This document shows, one piece after another, positions 1 to 9,687 of a stretch of DNA of 64,000 nt. The notes beneath the pieces were generated by a model. That model searched no databases, had not been told where the DNA came from, and saw only the letters and a program-made list of their open reading frames with translations. Where the stretch lies: assembly GCA_965248515.1 (NCBI GenBank), contig CBDFJU010000003.1:79254-143253 (forward strand). The letters are read 5' to 3'. Source of the DNA: Dehalococcoidia bacterium. Lineage in GTDB: Bacteria > Chloroflexota > Dehalococcoidia > SHYB01. Each line of letters begins with the position of its first letter. The first letter of the stretch is position 1. The position numbers and the translations under genes were made by a program.

Positions 1-85
1 GTCAACCATGGCTACGCCTCCCTGACCGGCCGAACGGGTTTCCTAGCCTAGAACAAGCGTGGCGTTGACACAACCCACGGCAGGC

Positions 86-1573
86 CTAACGGGGTTTCCC
101 TGAACGGTCGGCGGCGATAACCTGGGCCGCCTGGGCCTCGCAGCGGGTCCCCTGGAAAAAGTCGTCGTTGCGTGCGGCGTAGAATCTCACCGGGTTGGTG
201 AAGACGAAGTCCCGAAAGTCGGCTTCGGTCATGATCCCTTTCTCCACGGGCTCATGCGCCTCGTGCAGGACCTGCTCCATGTCGGGGACGTCGAAATGAC
301 CGATGTCTGAGCCGAACATTGGTCGGAGGCGAGCGCCGAAGGGGTTCACCCGGGTGTTGAACGCCAACGACGTTAGCGGGTCGTCGGCTTCGCAGCCGAA
401 GTAGAAGTGTGGGACGAAGAGGTCGCGGAGCTGCTCTTCATGCTCTATTCGACAGGCGGCCCAGTCGTCAAGGGAGGGCGGGGGCGGCTCGCGGTCATCG
501 AAGAAAGCCCTGATCTCATCGCGTCGCGCCTTGGCGGCCTCGCCACCGTACTCGTCGATCTTGTCCATGAGGAGGTCAACGTCCAGGTTGGCGGGATCGA
601 CATCCGCCAACACCTCGACGTTCCGCTTCGCCCAGTCTCCCGCCAGACCTGCGTAGAGAGCGCAGGCCCAGCCCACGCCACCTTCCAGGAAGGCGAACCG
701 CAGCCCGGGGAAGCGCCTGGTGACACCGCCCAGGAACAGCGACTTGCACAACGCCTCCCCGCCATCGGCGAAATGGCCGACGTGGTTGTAGACGAAGTTC
801 GATATCGACTGGCGGCTCCCGAAACCTCGGGTCCCGGCGTGAAAAGACGGCGCGACCTTGAGCTCGAGGCACTTCTCCCACACGGGGTCATAGTCGTGCT
901 CGCTGTCGATCCCGAACGTCTCGAGGTGGGTTGCCCTTGCCGCGACTTCCAGGTATTCGCGCCCTAGCGACGGCACGGGGCGGTTCACTCGGCCGTTCAC
1001 CATCGTCGCCTTCAGCCCCAGGACGTTCACGGCGTGCTCGAGCTCATCGATGGCCTCTCGCGGCGTGTGCATGGGGATAACCGCCACCGGCGTCATGCGG
1101 TCCGAAAGTTCCGCGAAGAGCTCGGCATGGTAACTATTAAGGGCCCGGCACCCGACGCGACGCAGCTCCTCATCCTCAAGGCCCGGGACCGTCATGGCCA
1201 TCGTGGGGTAGAGGACCGCGAAATCGATGCCGAAGTCGTCCAGGCGCTGATGCAACAGCCGGGGCAGGTAGCCGGTGGCGCGATCGAGGCTGTTCCTGGT
1301 GGGGAGCACCCACCAGTTGGCCATGGTGGTCCAGGAGTCCCGGCGCTCCTCCGCCGACGTGCGATGCCACTGCGAGGCCATCCGGTCGTAGGTCAGGCCT
1401 CCGGACGCGGCGAACTTCTCGGCCATGCGGGCGCCGCCGATCTGCCTGACGTAGTCGAGGGAATAGCCCTGCATCACCGGCAGGAGCTCCAGGAAATGCC
1501 CGTCGGCGTCGATGACCGGATGGTCCAGACGAGCCCGGACCTTCGCAGACGCAGATAAACCGCTGCTCGACAT
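86..1573 (-). CDS. amidohydrolase-2 family metal-dependent hydrolase (ACMSD-like TIM barrel)
   Basis: 495 aa ORF; N-terminal DADGH metal-binding motif and overall composition typical of amidohydrolase_2. Confidence 0.75.
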   Translation of the reverse strand: MSSSGLSASAKVRARLDHPVIDADGHFLELLPVMQGYSLDYVRQIGGARMAEKFAASGGLTYDRMASQWHRTSAEERRDSWTTMANWWVLPTRNSLDRATGYLPRLLHQRLDDFGIDFAVLYPTMAMTVPGLEDEELRRVGCRALNSYHAELFAELSDRMTPVAVIPMHTPREAIDELEHAVNVLGLKATMVNGRVNRPVPSLGREYLEVAARATHLETFGIDSEHDYDPVWEKCLELKVAPSFHAGTRGFGSRQSISNFVYNHVGHFADGGEALCKSLFLGGVTRRFPGLRFAFLEGGVGWACALYAGLAGDWAKRNVEVLADVDPANLDVDLLMDKIDEYGGEAAKARRDEIRAFFDDREPPPPSLDDWAACRIEHEEQLRDLFVPHFYFGCEADDPLTSLAFNTRVNPFGARLRPMFGSDIGHFDVPDMEQVLHEAHEPVEKGIMTEADFRDFVFTNPVRFYAARNDDFFQGTRCEAQAAQVIAADRSGKPR

Positions 1574-1760
1574 GGCCCCTCCTCACGGTTGGTCGCTTCG
1601 CACACCGGACGGCGGGGAGGCGTCCGTGGCGGCAATTCTACCGCACGAGTCGCCGGGGCCGTAGCGGCCCATACGGCGGTTGACAAACTCCGGGCGCCGG
1701 TGCAAGTTGTTCGGAGCGTTGCGTCCAACGGGACGACGCTCGATCAGAAGGAGGCCCTGA

Positions 1761-2204
1761 GTGGCAGCGATTCGACAAGCGCACGTACGATGGGACGGCA
1801 ACCTGGCCCGCGGCAAAGGCGTGGTCAGCGCCGGGACCAGCAAGGCATTCACCGATCTTCCGGTAAGCTGGGCGTCGAGGACCGAGGCAGCCGACGGGCA
1901 GACAAGCCCCGAGGAGCAGATCGCGGCTGCCCACGCCAGTTGCTATTCGATGGCCCTTTCGGCGGGTCTAGGGGGCGCCGGCACGCCACCCGAACACCTG
2001 GAGGTCAGCGCGACAGTGACCTTCGACAAGGTAGAAAGCGGCTGGAAGGTGCTCTCGAGCGCGCTGGAGGTAAAGGGCACGGTACCCGGGATCGACGAGG
2101 CCGGCTTCAAGAAGGCGGCCGAGGCGGCCAAGGACGGCTGCCCGATCTCCAGGGCGTTGCAGGGGAACGTCGAGCTCAGCGTTGAGGCTACGCTCGCGAA
2201 TTAG
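1761..2204 (+). CDS. OsmC/Ohr family peroxiredoxin-like protein
   Basis: 147 aa; GTG start with GGAGG RBS 7 nt upstream; OsmC-like pattern with two conserved Cys (ASCYSMAL, DGCPISRAL). Confidence 0.75.
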   Translation: MAAIRQAHVRWDGNLARGKGVVSAGTSKAFTDLPVSWASRTEAADGQTSPEEQIAAAHASCYSMALSAGLGGAGTPPEHLEVSATVTFDKVESGWKVLSSALEVKGTVPGIDEAGFKKAAEAAKDGCPISRALQGNVELSVEATLAN

Positions 2205-2265
2205 CCCCCCCGGGACCTCGATTCAGTCCGAATCCGATGGGGCAGCGGCCTCGTACAACTTAGCG

Positions 2266-3405
2266 ATGTCGTTTTTCATCGCGCCCGTGAGCACGCGAAC
2301 CCTGGTATTGGCCATGGGTCTCGTCGCGGGCATAGTCATCGCCGCCTGCGGCGGCGATGGGCCCGCGCCCACGCCTGTCGATCCAACACCAGTCGCCGTC
2401 CTGGAGCCGACAGCGACCTCGGCCCCACCACCTCGGGCACGGGACGCCGATGCCGTCCGTCTCGCCGAGTTGGCTCAGGCGGCCGTCGTCCGGGCGCGGG
2501 AGGTCGTATCGGACGCGGTCCTTCCTCAGATCTACATCGATCCCAACGGGGGAAGGCATGTCTTTTACTTCACGGACGCTGCATCGACGCGCAGCTTCGA
2601 GATCGTTGCGCGAGACACGGCGGCTCCGCCCGGCGAGTGGGAAGTCATCCTCACCGGACTCTCGCCTCTGCTCGGCCACCCCAGGGCCGGCATCGACGCC
2701 GATGCGCTGGCCATAGGTCCCGAGACGGCGATTCGCGTCTCTGCCCAGCCTTGGCCGGGGTGCGAGACGACGACTCTGACGCTGGGTGGGCAAGGCGACC
2801 ACCTCACTTGGACGGTGTTCTGTAACACCGCCACTGGAGGGCTGGTCCTGGGTTTCGTCGACGGCGGCACCGGCGAGTTCATACCATCGACCGCTCCACC
2901 TGCCCTAACACCACCCACCGCCGAGCTCGTTTCTGAAATCGGCACCCAGGTGGGAGCGATCGCGCCCGACTTCACCCTGGAACAGGCTCGGGGCGGGGAG
3001 TTGTCCCTTGCCTCGTATCGCGGCGAAAGCAACGTGGTCCTCATCTTCTATCGCGGCGCCTGGTGAGTCCACTGCCGTCGGCAGCTCGGCGAGCTGCAAC
3101 AGTCCTACGATCGGATACAGCGCCTCGATGCCGAGATCGTCGCCATGAGTACCGACGAGGCTGACGGCATCATGGCCCTGGCCGACCGGCTCGACCTCGA
3201 TTTCCCGCTCCTCGTCGACCCCATCGCCGACGTCGTCCGCGAGTACGGCGTCTTCAACCTCCTGGGCGACGGTCTGGCAACCGCCTCGACCTTCATCCTC
3301 GACAAGAACGGGCGGATCGCCTACCGGTACGTCGGAGACGGCATCAGCGACCGTCCCTCGGTCGATCTCGTAATCGAGGAGCTCGGGGCGGTCCAGCCCA
3401 GCTAG
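2266..3405 (+). CDS. lipoprotein with C-terminal TlpA/ResA-like thiol-disulfide oxidoreductase domain; putative selenoprotein (in-frame UGA at 3064-3066 in WUVHC = UxxC motif)
   Basis: Signal peptide plus lipobox (IAACGG). ORF 2182..3066 stops at TGA and the same frame continues as ORF 3145..3405 (redoxin C-terminus). The TGA sits exactly where the first Cys of the WCxxC motif is expected (VLIFYRGAW-TGA-VHC). Confidence 0.6.
3081..3097 (+). other. SECIS-like hairpin GCAGCUC-GGC-GAGCUGC 15 nt downstream of in-frame UGA
   Basis: perfect 7-bp inverted repeat read directly; shares GCAGC/GCUGC stem with hairpin at 16453-16468. Confidence 0.45.
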
Positions 3406-3438
3406 CCTGACAACAGGAGTGGATACTGCTACGATATA

Positions 3439-3468
3439 TTGACCTCGTGTCCGGGCACATGGTATACA
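3439..3468 (+). promoter_or_regulatory. sigma70-like promoter TTGACC-N18-TATACA
   Basis: near-consensus -35/-10 in an AT-rich island upstream of the 3557 CDS. Confidence 0.5.
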
Positions 3469-3556
3469 TATCAGGTTCAACCATGCGAAATTCCCGCGGG
3501 ACGTTCATTCGCCAGGTGGGCCAGCCAGGGAAAAACAAATGGAGGAAGAAAGAGTA

Positions 3557-3925
3557 ATGGCTGACGAAAACACAGGTCAGGCCGAAGAGCTTGTGCTCGC
3601 TTTCTCCAAGATCATGCGCGGGGATGAGTCGGCCGAGAAAGAGGTCGGCAAGCTGGAGAAGATCGAGCACCGGGCCATGGCCATCACGGCGCTGAAGTCC
3701 GAGCTCGACAAGCTGGAGCCGAACACCGCCCGCTATAAGTGGTTCGGCGTAGCCGACCCATCGCGGCTCTCCTCGATCCGAATCCTGAGGCGCGGCCTTC
3801 AGGGCCTCTACGCCGACGCCGTGCTGCAGCACGCCAACGACAACGTGAAGGACCCCGAAGTGTTGTCGTGGATCCGGCACAACGTCAAAGACGAGCTGCG
3901 CAAGGTGTCGCCCAAGTTCTGGTAG
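3557..3925 (+). CDS. hypothetical protein (stand-alone transcription unit)
   Basis: ATG with GGAGG RBS; lower-GC codon usage; own promoter and rho-independent terminator. Confidence 0.55.
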   Translation: MADENTGQAEELVLAFSKIMRGDESAEKEVGKLEKIEHRAMAITALKSELDKLEPNTARYKWFGVADPSRLSSIRILRRGLQGLYADAVLQHANDNVKDPEVLSWIRHNVKDELRKVSPKFW

Positions 3926-3955
3926 CCGTCGGAGCTCGATACGACGAAACCGCAA

Positions 3956-3981
3956 GCGGGGTCTTCGGACCCCGCTTTTTG
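3956..3981 (+). terminator. rho-independent terminator GCGGGGUC-UUCG-GACCCCGC + UUUUU
   Basis: perfect 8-bp stem, tetraloop, T-tract immediately after stop of 3557..3925. Confidence 0.8.
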
Positions 3982-4011
3982 TATGGTCGCGAAGCCAGGG
4001 GAGGTGCACGA

Positions 4012-4801
4012 GATGGGGTCGCTCAACGGTAAGGTCGCCATCATCACCGGGGCGGCGTCCGGAGTAGGACGGGCCACGGCGCAGCTGTTCGCGGAGCGCG
4101 GAGCGCGAGTCGTCGTCGCCGACATCCTCGAGGACGGGGGCCGGGAGACCGCGGAGCTTGTGCGGCACGCCGGGGGCGACGCGACTTTCGTCAAGGTCGA
4201 TCTCGCTCTGGGTCCCGATATCCAGAACCTGATCGGCGCGTCGATGTCCGCCTACGGACGAATCGACGTTCTCCACAACAACGCGGCCGTCCTCCGCACG
4301 CACGAGGAGCTGGACGAGGCTTCCGTCGACGAGTGGCGCTGGATCCTCGAGGTAGACCTCACGAGTATTTTCGTGACATCGCGGTTGGTGGCGCCAATCA
4401 TGCGCGCCCAGGGTGGCGGCGTCATCGTGAGTACTGCTTCGATGGGCGGCCTGATCCCCTATCCCGAGGGACTGGCGTACGGAGCGGCCAAGGCCGGCGT
4501 CATCAGCCTGACCCGATCGCTGGCGATGCTCCTCGAGCCCGACGGCATCCGGGTCAACTGCATCTGTCCCGCTGGCATCGATACGCCGATCCTGCGTTAC
4601 ACCTCGCGCCGCTCAACCGAAATCCGAGCCCAGCGGGGCGTGCTCCAGCCGCGGGAGGTCGGCGAGGTCGCGGAATACCTCGCCACCGTGGAGGGCCTGA
4701 CCGGGGCAAGCATCCTGGTGCGCCGGGAAGGCGAGAAGGTGGGCTGGTATCGCATCAAGGACTTTGAGGTCGAGGCGATCGATCGGCCCGGCGGGAAGTA
4801 G
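4012..4801 (+). CDS. SDR family oxidoreductase
   Basis: N-terminal GKVAIITGAASGVGRA Rossmann motif; start moved to ATG 4012 (RBS GGGGAGGTG), upstream part overlaps terminator. Confidence 0.8.
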
Positions 4802-4853
4802 CTTTCCTCGAGCGCATCGACCGGCCGCGGGGGGCGCCGGGCGGCCTTTCAAC

Positions 4854-4882
4854 TTGTCGCTTCCAGAAGTGCCGGGTATAAT
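4854..4882 (+). promoter_or_regulatory. promoter TTGTCG-N17-TATAAT upstream of dnaJ
   Basis: consensus -10, near-consensus -35. Confidence 0.5.
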
Positions 4883-4918
4883 CTACAGTGGAGACGTATG
4901 AACCTCACTCGATGATTT

Positions 4919-6046
4919 ATGGCCACCGCTAAGCGCGATTACTACGAAGTCCTGGGGGTTACTCGCAACGCCACCGAGGAAGACCTGCGCAAGGCCTTTC
5001 GCAAGAAGGCGTTCGAGTCTCACCCCGACCGGAACAAGTCGCCCGACGCCGAAGGCCAGTTCAAAGAGGCCAACGAGGCCTACGAGGTCCTGCGCGACGC
5101 AAAGAAGCGGGCCCAGTACGACCGCTTCGGCCACGCCGGGGCGAACGGCGTCGGCTTCGATGGCTCATCCGGCTTCCCCGACTTCGGCGACATTTTCGAC
5201 GCGTTTTTCGGTGGCACCGGGTTCGGGACGTCCACTCGCGGTCGGGCCCCCGCGGCCGAGCGAGGGGCCGACCTGGCCGTGGAGCTCGAAATCGAATTCG
5301 AGGAGGCGGCCTTCGGCGCCGAGAAGTCCTTCGACATCACGCACACCGAAACGTGCTCACGGTGCAAGGGCAGCCGTAGCGAGCCAGACTCCTACCCAGA
5401 GAAGTGCGGACAGTGCGGAGGCACGGGCCAGGTCCGCCAGGCGCAACGGAGCGTGTTCGGCCAGTTCGTCAACATCACCGATTGCAGCCGCTGCCGAGGG
5501 CTCGGGAAGATCGTCACGAGCCCCTGCACGCAGTGCAAGGCTCAGGGCCGAGAGCGCCGGAGGAAGTCGATCGCGGTGACCATCCCCCCAGGCGTCAACT
5601 CCGGGTCGCAGATCCGCCTCGCCGGCGAAGGCGACGCGGGCATCAACGGCGGCCCCGCAGGCAACCTCTTCGTCGCGCTCGAGATCAAGGAGCATGCCCT
5701 GTTCGACCGCGACCAGGACAACGTCCTGTACACCCTCCCCATCAACATCATCCAGGCGACCCTGGGCGACGAGTTGGACGTCCCCACCATCGAGGGCTCG
5801 ACACCCCTCAAGATTCCGCCGGCCACACAGCCGGGCACAGTGTTCAGGCTCAAGGGCCGGGGGATATCCCATCTCCGCGGCCATGGCCGTGGAGACGAGC
5901 TGGTAACAGTGGACGTGGTGATCCCGAAGTCGCTGAGCGCGGCCGATAAGAAGCTCTTCGAAACGCTGGGCAAGAGTCTCAAAAAGCCGGACATATCGAA
6001 GCGCGACAGCGGCTTCTTCGAGCGCATCAAAGAAGCGCTCGGGTAG
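4919..6046 (+). CDS. dnaJ: molecular chaperone DnaJ
   Basis: J-domain (HPDRN), G/F region, four CxxCxGxG zinc-finger repeats. Confidence 0.9.
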   Translation: MATAKRDYYEVLGVTRNATEEDLRKAFRKKAFESHPDRNKSPDAEGQFKEANEAYEVLRDAKKRAQYDRFGHAGANGVGFDGSSGFPDFGDIFDAFFGGTGFGTSTRGRAPAAERGADLAVELEIEFEEAAFGAEKSFDITHTETCSRCKGSRSEPDSYPEKCGQCGGTGQVRQAQRSVFGQFVNITDCSRCRGLGKIVTSPCTQCKAQGRERRRKSIAVTIPPGVNSGSQIRLAGEGDAGINGGPAGNLFVALEIKEHALFDRDQDNVLYTLPINIIQATLGDELDVPTIEGSTPLKIPPATQPGTVFRLKGRGISHLRGHGRGDELVTVDVVIPKSLSAADKKLFETLGKSLKKPDISKRDSGFFERIKEALG

Positions 6047-6049
6047 GGC

Positions 6050-7057
6050 CTACCCCGCCGCACTGTCGGTGGGCGCACCCTGACCTTCGGACCCCCCGCC
6101 ACCAGAAGCGGCCTCCTGCAACCCTTCCTGGTCCGCCTCAACTATCACGTCGAGCACCGCGTCCGTCTCCGGCACGGGCTCCCCATCGGCCTGGAGCGCG
6201 GTCTGCATCGCGCTGACCGCGATCGCGATCTGGGAATCGTCAGGCTTGCGGGTGGTGAGCTTCTGGAGCAGAAGCCCGGGAAAGGTCGCCGCCTTGGCCA
6301 GTCGGTTGGTCTCGTGACGGGCGTTGAACCGGATGATCTCGTAGCTGACCGCGGCGATGACGGGAATCAGGGCGACGCGTGAAAGGATGCGAAGCCACAG
6401 CTCGGGGCGCCCCATGAATGCAAAAGTGAGGATCGCGACGACCATCACGATGAGCAGGAACGCGGTGCCGCAGCGGGGGTGTTCCTTGGGGTACTTCCGG
6501 ATCTCCTTGACGTGCAGGGAGCTGGCGTGCTCATGGGCGGCGATCGTCATGTGCTCGGCGCCGTGGTAGGCATACACGCGCTTCATGTCGGGCATCAGTC
6601 CCATGACGTAGAGGTATCCGAGGAAGATCACGAGACGGATGCCGCCTTCGGTCACGTTGCTCAGGACCGAGGAGGCGATATACGGGTCCAGGGCTCGGGT
6701 TATGAACAGCGGGCCGATGAAGAAGATGCCGATGGCGAAGGTGAGAGACACAGCCAGCAGACCGCCGGTGGCTATCCCGGAGAACTCCTGCTCTTCCTCA
6801 CCCTCCTCGTCCTCCAGGGCGGTGTTGGCCGAGAACATCAGGGCCTTGATGCCCAGGGTCATCGTCTCCATCATGACGATGATCCCGCGGATGAGCGGTA
6901 TCTTGCGCCACGTACCGGTGTAAAGGCTCGAAAGGGGGTGGCACTCGGTCCTGGCGCGCCCATTGGGGCGGCGCACCGAGACGGCGACGTGCGTCTTCCC
7001 CCGGATCATGACGCCTTCGATGACCGCCTGGCCGCCGTAGTTGAACTTGTCGGGCAT
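6050..7057 (-). CDS. DUF1385 (YqhQ-like) membrane protein
   Basis: start set at MPDKFNYGG with AGGAG RBS; DUF1385-like pattern, multiple TM segments. Confidence 0.65.
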   Translation of the reverse strand: MPDKFNYGGQAVIEGVMIRGKTHVAVSVRRPNGRARTECHPLSSLYTGTWRKIPLIRGIIVMMETMTLGIKALMFSANTALEDEEGEEEQEFSGIATGGLLAVSLTFAIGIFFIGPLFITRALDPYIASSVLSNVTEGGIRLVIFLGYLYVMGLMPDMKRVYAYHGAEHMTIAAHEHASSLHVKEIRKYPKEHPRCGTAFLLIVMVVAILTFAFMGRPELWLRILSRVALIPVIAAVSYEIIRFNARHETNRLAKAATFPGLLLQKLTTRKPDDSQIAIAVSAMQTALQADGEPVPETDAVLDVIVEADQEGLQEAASGGGGSEGQGAPTDSAAG

Positions 7058-7115
7058 GGCTCCTAAACAGAAAGGAGCGAGTTGCCTCGCCCCTTCGTCC
7101 TTGCTTCCGAAGCCA

Positions 7116-7316
7116 CTACTGGAGGCCGTACCGTCGCTTGAACCGCTCGACGCGGCCTTCCACGTCAACGATGCGCTGCTCTCCCGTGAAGAACGGGTGG
7201 CAGTTGCTGCAAAGCTCGACTTTCAGCAACGGCTTGGTCGACCTGGTCTCCCAGGAATTGCCGCAGGCGCATTCGACCCGCGACCGGACGTACTCTGGAT
7301 GGATCTGTGCTTTCAA
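7116..7316 (-). CDS. rpmE: 50S ribosomal protein L31
   Basis: MKAQIHPEY...CxxC...[10 protein letters not shown] signature. Confidence 0.9.
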   Translation of the reverse strand: MKAQIHPEYVRSRVECACGNSWETRSTKPLLKVELCSNCHPFFTGEQRIVDVEGRVERFKRRYGLQ

Positions 7317-7328
7317 CTCGACAGCCCT

Positions 7329-7586
7329 CTAAGAAACTGGATAGACGCTGACGCGCCTCTTGGATTTAGATGCAGGTTCGTACTTAACGGTTCCATCGAC
7401 ACGCGCCCAGAGGGTATGGTCCCTGCCAAGGTCCACATTGGTGCCGGCGAAGATCCTTGTCCCGCGCTGCCGGACCAGAATCGAGCCCGCCGTCACCACC
7501 TGGCCGTCGTAACGCTTAACTCCCAGCCTTTGCCCTTGGCTGTCGCGTCCGTTTCGGCTTGTCCCCGACCCCTTCTTGTGGGCCAT
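7329..7586 (-). CDS. rpmA: 50S ribosomal protein L27
   Basis: [17 protein letters not shown]-terminus. Confidence 0.9.
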   Translation of the reverse strand: MAHKKGSGTSRNGRDSQGQRLGVKRYDGQVVTAGSILVRQRGTRIFAGTNVDLGRDHTLWARVDGTVKYEPASKSKRRVSVYPVS

Positions 7587-7977
7587 CGCTCGCTACCTCT
7601 ACTTTGGGTTTCCGAGTCCTGCTCGCCGCCGGCTTCTTGGCCGGCTTCGCGGCACCGCCATCCGTCGCGATCTCCTGGATGGCGATTCGCGAGTAGAGCT
7701 GTCGGTGACCTTTCTTGCGACGATACCTGACCTTCGGCTTGTACTTGAAGACGATGACCTTCTTGCCCTTGCCCTCGTCTTCCACCTTGGCGGTAACCCG
7801 GGCGCCCTCGACCAGCGGCCGGCCCACGGTCACCTGATCGTCGACATTGACCAATAGCACCTTCTCGATGTTGAGGGTGTCGCCGGGCGGCGTGTCCAAC
7901 CGTTCGACGTCGAGGACGTCGCCGGGAGAGACGCGGTACTGCTTGCCGCCGGTTTCGATGATCGCGTAGGTAGTCAT
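7516..7977 (-). CDS. rplU: 50S ribosomal protein L21 with ~50 aa Lys/Pro-rich C-terminal extension
   Basis: [16 protein letters not shown]...KKGHRQ core; extension overlaps rpmA start by 71 nt in another frame. Confidence 0.8.
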   Translation of the reverse strand: MTTYAIIETGGKQYRVSPGDVLDVERLDTPPGDTLNIEKVLLVNVDDQVTVGRPLVEGARVTAKVEDEGKGKKVIVFKYKPKVRYRRKKGHRQLYSRIAIQEIATDGGAAKPAKKPAASRTRKPKVEVASDGPQEGVGDKPKRTRQPRAKAGS

Positions 7978-8131
7978 GAATGGGTCACGCAATTGACAAT
8001 GATAGCTTCTGAAGCCGACTCCTGTCAACGGAATTCGACGCCGCAAAGCTCGCGAGCCGGCGCTCCAGGCAGGCCCACGTACGTTCACGCTGCATTACAC
8101 TCTCCGCAACCACAGCCGCAAGGAGCCCACC

Positions 8132-8968
8132 ATGCTTACACCCACGGCATCGCTGCTCACGGACAAGGTCGCCATCGTCACCGGCGGAGGAGGCGGCATC
8201 GGCAAGGCGATCTCCCAGACCTACGCCGCCTACGGGGCCAGGGTCGTCGTCGCGGAGATTGACGGCACCCGGGCCGACGAGACGGTGCGCGAGATCCGCG
8301 ATGCGGGCGGCGAGGCCCTCGCCGTCGTTACCGACGTCCGGGTGCGGGAGCAGGTCGCCGCCATGGCCGACGAGGCCTATGCCCGCTGCGGCCAGGTCGA
8401 CGTGCTGGTCAACAACGTCGGCGACTTCCTCCAGATCAGCAAACCCTTCCTCGAGTCCACCGAGGACGAGTGGCAGCAGCTCTACGATATCAACCTGCGC
8501 CACATCTTCCTGTGCTGCCAGGCGGTCGTGCCGCGGATGGTGGAGGCCGGCCGGGGCGGCAGCGTGATCAACTTCTCGACCATCGAGGCCTTTCGCGGCA
8601 TCCCGCATCTGGCTGCCTACTCGGCGTTCAAGGGCGCGATCACGCAGTTCACCAAGAGCTTCGCCCTGGACATGGGGCCGCACCGTATCCGGGTCAACGC
8701 CATCGCCCCGGAGAAGACGCAGTCGATCCAGATGTGGTCCGAGGACTCCGTCACCGACGAGCAGCGTCGCTTGATCCCGCACTGGGTCCCCATCGGCCGG
8801 TTGGGGACCGGCGACGACATGGCCGGTATCGCTGTCTTCCTGGCCTCGGACATGTCCCAATATGTCACCGGCACGACCGTCCACGCCGACGGCGGTTGTC
8901 TGGCCGCGGGGGGACTGTACCGCGACAAGACCGGCCGCTGGAGCTCGACGCCCGCGGGGCTCGCCTAG
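8132..8968 (+). CDS. SDR family oxidoreductase
   Basis: VAIVTGGGGGIGKA; NNVG motif; S/Y/K triad spacing. Confidence 0.8.
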   Translation: MLTPTASLLTDKVAIVTGGGGGIGKAISQTYAAYGARVVVAEIDGTRADETVREIRDAGGEALAVVTDVRVREQVAAMADEAYARCGQVDVLVNNVGDFLQISKPFLESTEDEWQQLYDINLRHIFLCCQAVVPRMVEAGRGGSVINFSTIEAFRGIPHLAAYSAFKGAITQFTKSFALDMGPHRIRVNAIAPEKTQSIQMWSEDSVTDEQRRLIPHWVPIGRLGTGDDMAGIAVFLASDMSQYVTGTTVHADGGCLAAGGLYRDKTGRWSSTPAGLA

Positions 8969-9003
8969 CGCCGGCTTGCCTGGTCGTGGATGATGTGGCC
9001 ATC

Positions 9004-9591
9004 ATGGACGAGACGGTACGTCAACGGATCGCCGACGAGATCGCCCGCCTGCCGGCGGGAGTCCAGGCCCATGTCGAGCAGGTGCGTCGCGCCGCCGTCG
9101 AGCTAGCGTCGCTTCACGAGCTCGACCTGGCCCGCGCCGAGCTGGCGGCACAGGGCCACGACATCTGCCGTCTGGTCAAGGGCGCCGACCTCATCGACAT
9201 GGCCGGGAAGCTGGGGCTGACCGTGACCGCCATCGACCGCGCCGTCCCCGTCTTTCTCCACGGCCCGGTCGGCGCCGAGGTGCTTCGGCGGGACTTCGGG
9301 ATCGACGACGAGGCGGTGCTGGACGCCATTCGCTATCACACCATGGGCCGGGCCGGCATGGCGCCGCTGGAAAAGCTGCTCTTCCTCGCTGACAAGCTCG
9401 ACCCTTCGAAGGTCTCACGCTACCCCTTTATCGCCGAGGTCGAGCGGCTGGCGCGCGAGGACCTGGACCGAGCGATGCTCCTCTTTATCGACGAGCAGAG
9501 CCGCGTCTTCATCGAGACCGCCAGCGTCATCCATCCCGGCATGAACGCGGCCCGAAACGACGCCCTGTTGGCGGTGGAGCAGGCCGGTTAG
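9004..9591 (+). CDS. HD-domain bis(5'-nucleosyl)-tetraphosphatase YqeK family
   Basis: HD-domain phosphohydrolase pattern; start approximate (ATG 9004 or GTG 8985). Confidence 0.6.
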   Translation: MDETVRQRIADEIARLPAGVQAHVEQVRRAAVELASLHELDLARAELAAQGHDICRLVKGADLIDMAGKLGLTVTAIDRAVPVFLHGPVGAEVLRRDFGIDDEAVLDAIRYHTMGRAGMAPLEKLLFLADKLDPSKVSRYPFIAEVERLAREDLDRAMLLFIDEQSRVFIETASVIHPGMNAARNDALLAVEQAG

Positions 9592-9687
9592 ACGGGGCTG
9601 CCAGGCTCCAGGGCCGGCTCCACCCGCGATTGACAGGCAGTGGCAAAACGTGGAACCTGACGGCCACGATCACGATCGGGAGGCGGA

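Noticed and set aside
30-100. Direct repeat AACGGGUUUCC / AACGGGGUUUCC near the window start
   Set aside because: Only two short copies in non-coding DNA downstream of the amidohydrolase stop; too little to call a binding-site array.
3064-3066. Interpreting the TGA that splits the redoxin domain, and the one at 16435, as inactivating nonsense mutations (pseudogenes)
   Set aside because: Both stops fall exactly on the catalytic Cys codon of thioredoxin-fold motifs, the downstream frames are intact with no other lesions, and both are followed by similar hairpins. Sec recoding is the more parsimonious reading, though not proven.
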